64,000 bases of DNA. Origin: Omnitrophica bacterium GWA2_41_15 (GTDB lineage Bacteria; Omnitrophota; Gorgyraeia; Gygaellales; Profunditerraquicolaceae). Made by a program: the position numbers and the translations under genes. The stretch spans positions 38,499 through 102,498 of the forward strand of contig CAKKQB010000028.1 of the NCBI GenBank assembly GCA_919901915.1, given 5' to 3'. Positions 60,159 to 64,000 of the stretch are shown here, piece by piece (the stretch's first letter is position 1; each line of letters starts with the position of its first letter). Under the pieces are notes generated by a model that had not been told where the DNA came from, did not search any database, and saw nothing but the letters and a program-made list of their open reading frames with translations.

Positions 60159-61319
60159 TTATAAGCTTTTTGGCTTATAACTTACAAAATGTTTCCCCGG
60201 AACCTGTTTGATTAGCCTTTTCATTTGCAACTTTAAAAGTATATCAGAAATCCTTGAAACATCCATATTTGTTTTTTTCACGAGCTCATCTAATTGAATC
60301 TTTTCTTCTGACATCAAAGCAAAAACACGGTTTTCTTCTTTATCAAGCGTTATGACTTCATCCCCGCGGGATTCACCACTTGCAACGCGATCTCCCCCAT
60401 CTGCTTCATGGCTTTTCCGCTCCCTTATCTCATGCCAGCCCCTCCTGATCATTAAAGGCAGGAGCTCTTCCAAAATATCATCTACGCAAGAAATCAACTT
60501 CGCGCCTTGCTTAATTAAATTATTCGTGCCAAAAGATGTTTCAGAATCAACTTTGCCAGGCATCGCGAAAACTTCCCTGCCCTGCTCCAAAGCAAAATCC
60601 GCGGTTATAAGCGCGCCACTATTTTTTGCCGCCTCTGCCACCAAAAGGCCTAAAGACAAACCGCTGATAAGACGGTTTCTTCGCGGAAAATTTTGTTTCT
60701 CCGGCATAGTATTTACTGGAAATTCTGAAATAACCGCGCCATTTCTAGATATCTCTTCGGATAATTCCCTGTTTTCAGGCGGATAAATATGATTGAATCC
60801 ACTCCCCATTACCGCGATAGTGCGGCCTTTCTGCTTTAACGCGCCACGATGGCTGTAAGTATCAATGCCGCGCGCCATACCTGAAACAATGGTAAACCCT
60901 TTAGCTGATAATTGAAAGGCAAACTTTTGGGCATTCATCAAGCCATAAATAGAAGCCCGGCGCGAGCCAACAAGGCCTATGCTAAATTTATCCTCTTCTT
61001 TTAAATTTCCCTTAACATAAAGCGCGATTGGCGGGTCATAAATATCTTTAAGATTTTGCGGGTATTCAAGATCATCCCGCGTAATAATTTTTAAGCCGAA
61101 TTTCTTAGCCAAACCCAGCTCTTTATCAAGGGTATCACTCTTAAATGAGTTAATTTTAGCGGCTATTTTTTTTCCGATACCCGAAACTCCCATCAATTTT
61201 TCACAAGAAGCCTTTAAAATATCTTGCGGCTTATCAAAAAATTCCAACAGTTTTTTTAAACGGACACCTCCAATATCACCGATCAAATTCAAACTAACCA
61301 ACGCCTCGAACTTCGTCAT
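60159..61319 (-). CDS. dprA: DNA-protecting protein DprA
   Basis: YP..L..I.DPP, VGSR, IVSGMARGID, FPRRNRLISGLS, SGALITA..AL.QGREVFA. Confidence 0.97.
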   Translation of the reverse strand: MTKFEALVSLNLIGDIGGVRLKKLLEFFDKPQDILKASCEKLMGVSGIGKKIAAKINSFKSDTLDKELGLAKKFGLKIITRDDLEYPQNLKDIYDPPIALYVKGNLKEEDKFSIGLVGSRRASIYGLMNAQKFAFQLSAKGFTIVSGMARGIDTYSHRGALKQKGRTIAVMGSGFNHIYPPENRELSEEISRNGAVISEFPVNTMPEKQNFPRRNRLISGLSLGLLVAEAAKNSGALITADFALEQGREVFAMPGKVDSETSFGTNNLIKQGAKLISCVDDILEELLPLMIRRGWHEIRERKSHEADGGDRVASGESRGDEVITLDKEENRVFALMSEEKIQLDELVKKTNMDVSRISDILLKLQMKRLIKQVPGKHFVSYKPKSL

Positions 61320-61816
61320 CTTGTTATTTTTATAATTTTTTCTACAACTTTTCCCACAGAAAGCTTTGATGTATCAATGGCCTCATCCGCCAAGGCATAA
61401 TAAGGAGCGCGAAGCTTAAGTAGAGACGCTATCCGCTCTTTAGGGTCAAGAACATTTAAAAGAGGCCTGCGCGTAGTGCCGGATATCCTTTTTAATATCA
61501 CTTCTATAGCCGCGCTAAGACAAATTATAATTCCTGTTTTTTTCATTATTTTTATATTTTGCGGATTCATAACAATCCCGCCGCCGCAAGAAACCACAAA
61601 ATTTTTTTCTTTAGAAACCTCGCTTAAAACTTTTTTCTCTATCTTACGAAAATAAGGCTCGCCATTTTTAGCAAAAATTTCAGAGATAATTCTTTTTTCT
61701 TTAAGTTCAATTAAATCGTCCAAGTCCGCGAACTGCCATTTCTTTCTCTTGGCCAACTCTTTGCCAACCACGGTTTTTCCCGTTCCCATAAAACCAACGA
61801 GATAAATATTATTCAT
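61316..61816 (-). CDS. aroK: Shikimate kinase (start trimmed to MNNIYLVG)
   Basis: GFMGTGKT, GE..FR..E, GGG, RPLL, R..YY. Confidence 0.95.
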   Translation of the reverse strand: MNNIYLVGFMGTGKTVVGKELAKRKKWQFADLDDLIELKEKRIISEIFAKNGEPYFRKIEKKVLSEVSKEKNFVVSCGGGIVMNPQNIKIMKKTGIIICLSAAIEVILKRISGTTRRPLLNVLDPKERIASLLKLRAPYYALADEAIDTSKLSVGKVVEKIIKITR

Positions 61817-61827
61817 AGAAATATACT

Positions 61828-61856
61828 GTAGGGACAGCACAATGTGCTGTCCCTAC
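61828..61856. repeat. GTAG-type REP palindrome (copies at 34434 and at the window end, ~63986)
   Basis: GTAGGGACAGCACAATGTGCTGTCCCTAC. Confidence 0.9.
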
Positions 61857-61871
61857 TTAATGTAAATCGTT

Positions 61872-62138
61872 TTACCCTTCCTTGTAAGTTGCCAAAACTA
61901 AGTCGTTAATTTCTTTCTGGATCTCCTTTGTGGCGGACTCAACAGTATTGTACCATTTACCGTCTTTTCCTTGGTGCTGCGGCATACCCACGAATAAACC
62001 ATTGATTCCATCAACAACGCGCAGGCCCTTTACTATTACACCACCGAAAGAAACATCCACAAAAGCCTTTAACTTTGAATCTCCGTCAACCTTGTAAATA
62101 CGGCTGACCTGAACTGTGTTATTTTCCATCTCAATCAC
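61872..62138 (-). CDS. spoVG: SpoVG family protein
   Basis: LKAF.DV.F...VKGLRVV.G..GLFV.MP....DG.W. Confidence 0.85.
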   Translation of the reverse strand: MIEMENNTVQVSRIYKVDGDSKLKAFVDVSFGGVIVKGLRVVDGINGLFVGMPQHQGKDGKWYNTVESATKEIQKEINDLVLATYKEG

Positions 62139-62269
62139 CCCCTTTCTACTATAATAGACGTAAAAGGGGTGATTTTCTCACATAAATATTTTTATACATT
62201 CGCGGCCAGAATAATGGCCGCTCAGTATTTCGCTCTAAGAAACCGCCCCGCCTCCGGCAGGGCAGAGCT

Positions 62270-63313
62270 TCATTTTCTTATCCTTAATAGATAATTTTGG
62301 TATGTCTTTTTTATATCTGAAATATTGTCAGCGCCAAATTTTTCTAAAAACGCGTCCGCCAAAGCATAAGCGCAGACAGATTCCGCGATTACCCCAGCGG
62401 CAGTAACCACGCAAATATCTGAACGCTCAACACTTGCTTTGGATGATTTCTTAGTCGTAATATTTACCGAATCTAAAGGATTCATCAATGTGCAAATCGG
62501 CTTCATACAAGCGCGAAGGACAATACTTTCACCGTTAGAAGTCCCGCCTTCAATACCTCCGGCATTATTGGTTTTGCGAAAATACCCCTTAGCCTTATTA
62601 TAATAAATCGCGTCATGAACCTCTGAACCAGACCTATCCGCGTAACCAAAACCCAAACCAATCTCTACTGCCTTTATTCCGGGGATCGACATTACAGCCA
62701 TAGCAAGCCTTGCGTCTAAACGCCTGTCCGGCTGGACATAGCTTCCTAAACCCACAGGAACATTTTTTGCCGTTACTTCAAATATCCCTCCCACAGTATC
62801 TTTATTGCTTATAGCTTTTAAAATTTTTTCCTTCATTCCTTCTTCGGTATTCTCTCCATTGATAGATAAAACCTTGCTGGAAATTTCTACCCCAAAGACA
62901 TCCAGAAATATTTTACATACCGCGCCAACCCCAACAGTTGCCGCGGTATTTCTGGCTGAAGCTCGCTCCAAAACTTCCCTTATGTCAGTAAACCCATATT
63001 TTAACAATCCGGCTAAATCCGCGTGTCCCGGCCTGGGGCACAACACCTCTTTTAATTTCTCAATACTAAAATCCTTGTTTTCAATCAACAAGGTAATCGG
63101 GCTAGCCAAAGTAACATTTCCTTTAAGCCCGGAAAGTATCCGGACATTATCTTTCTCAATCTCCATACGCTTACCACGGCCAAAACCAGATTGACGGCGC
63201 TTCAATTCTTCATCTATACTGGCAGTCTCCACCCTAAGACCTGCTGGCATACCCTCCAAAATTGCAATTATTGCTCTTCCGTGCGATTCACCCGCGGTTA
63301 GATAACGTAACAT
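62270..63313 (-). CDS. aroC: Chorismate synthase (start trimmed; the ORF-track extension is heptamer repeat)
   Basis: TAGESHG, RPGHAD, LERASAR, NNAGGIEGG.SNG, MKPI. Confidence 0.97.
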   Translation of the reverse strand: MLRYLTAGESHGRAIIAILEGMPAGLRVETASIDEELKRRQSGFGRGKRMEIEKDNVRILSGLKGNVTLASPITLLIENKDFSIEKLKEVLCPRPGHADLAGLLKYGFTDIREVLERASARNTAATVGVGAVCKIFLDVFGVEISSKVLSINGENTEEGMKEKILKAISNKDTVGGIFEVTAKNVPVGLGSYVQPDRRLDARLAMAVMSIPGIKAVEIGLGFGYADRSGSEVHDAIYYNKAKGYFRKTNNAGGIEGGTSNGESIVLRACMKPICTLMNPLDSVNITTKKSSKASVERSDICVVTAAGVIAESVCAYALADAFLEKFGADNISDIKKTYQNYLLRIRK

Positions 63314-63325
63314 TACAGCCTCCTT

Positions 63326-63400
63326 TTGCGTATTGCGTATTGCGTATTGCGTATTGCGCAATACGCATCACGCACGACGCACGACGAAATATGCGCGACG
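63326..63400. repeat. Two-armed heptamer array (TTGCGTA / ACGCA family)
   Basis: TTGCGTA x4 TTGCGCA ATACGCA TCACGCA CGACGCA CGACG. Confidence 0.9.
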
Positions 63401-63402
63401 AA

Positions 63403-63957
63403 TCATTTCCACAATCCTCTTCTATTTTCCCGCGCTTCCCGGTATAATTTTAAGAATAAGTCCGCGTATTGAACATTTGGCGCGATAGTCATTAAAGAAG
63501 CATACCCCTGCGTTACAATTTCAGCATTTACAAACATACCATCTTCTAAATAAACGTAAGCTAGAAGCCTGCTATACTTATCACGCTTAGTTACATCAAA
63601 CTCTAAACGGACGCGTTTTCCCTCTACTAGATTCTTGGTAAATTCGTACGCCTGTCTTCCTAATTCCTGAATCGTTTTTACATCTTGGCCTGAACGCTGG
63701 CTATCGCGATATAATTTCGCGCTTTCATGCATTTCAGGCGTATCAATTCCGATGAGCCGGACCCTCTCTCCATTCTCAAGCACTAAAGTATCTCCATCAA
63801 CAGCCCTTTTCACAAAAATATCCGAATAATCATAATCCTTTCCAAACGGAATACTAATTCTCCCTTTTTTAGAGTGATCCGCACCGGATTCTCCATTACA
63901 AGAAATCAAAAAAATAAGGCTTGCTGACAAAAAAATCAATTTTAGCGCATTTTTCAT
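63403..63957 (-). CDS. Thermonuclease (SNase) family lipoprotein
   Basis: Lipobox LISC; VDGDT, VRLIGIDTPE, DKY.RLLAYV, AR...RGLW. Confidence 0.93.
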   Translation of the reverse strand: MKNALKLIFLSASLIFLISCNGESGADHSKKGRISIPFGKDYDYSDIFVKRAVDGDTLVLENGERVRLIGIDTPEMHESAKLYRDSQRSGQDVKTIQELGRQAYEFTKNLVEGKRVRLEFDVTKRDKYSRLLAYVYLEDGMFVNAEIVTQGYASLMTIAPNVQYADLFLKLYREARENRRGLWK

Positions 63958-64000
63958 TTTATTATGCTCCTTTCAACGTCATTTGGCAGGGACAGCACAA

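Overview
Low-GC bacterial chromosome segment, almost entirely on the minus strand. Gene content suggests PVC superphylum / Ca. Omnitrophota (inference only). The backbone is housekeeping: ruvB, scpA, trpS, infB-nusA-rimP-proS, MEP/uppS cluster, purA, serA, clpP/tig, a large KDO/LPS/lpt cluster, xerC-topA-dprA, aroK/aroC. No tRNA, rRNA, CRISPR array, transposase or reverse transcriptase was recognised. The unusual signal is a very dense set of tiny repeat elements. (i) Degenerate tandem 7-, 8-, 9- and 10-mer arrays, usually two inverted arms. One pair of heptamer arms brackets a four-helix-bundle (23S-IVS-protein/Avd-like) gene, while about 10 other two-armed elements are empty. (ii) GTAG-type REP palindromes, dRS3-like palindromes, small 21-35 bp hairpins and a MITE with terminal inverted repeats and a target duplication. 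Many of these are nested inside each other or sit in-frame inside core genes (ispG, lpxK, waaA, proS, lptC/A, GT4/GT9). Accessory content: two paralogous secreted beta-propeller proteins ending in FGCNS, two toxin-antitoxin-type pairs, and a fragmented ~4.3 kb plus-strand modular secreted-protein gene (3 frameshifts at or near homopolymers, 2 in-frame stops).
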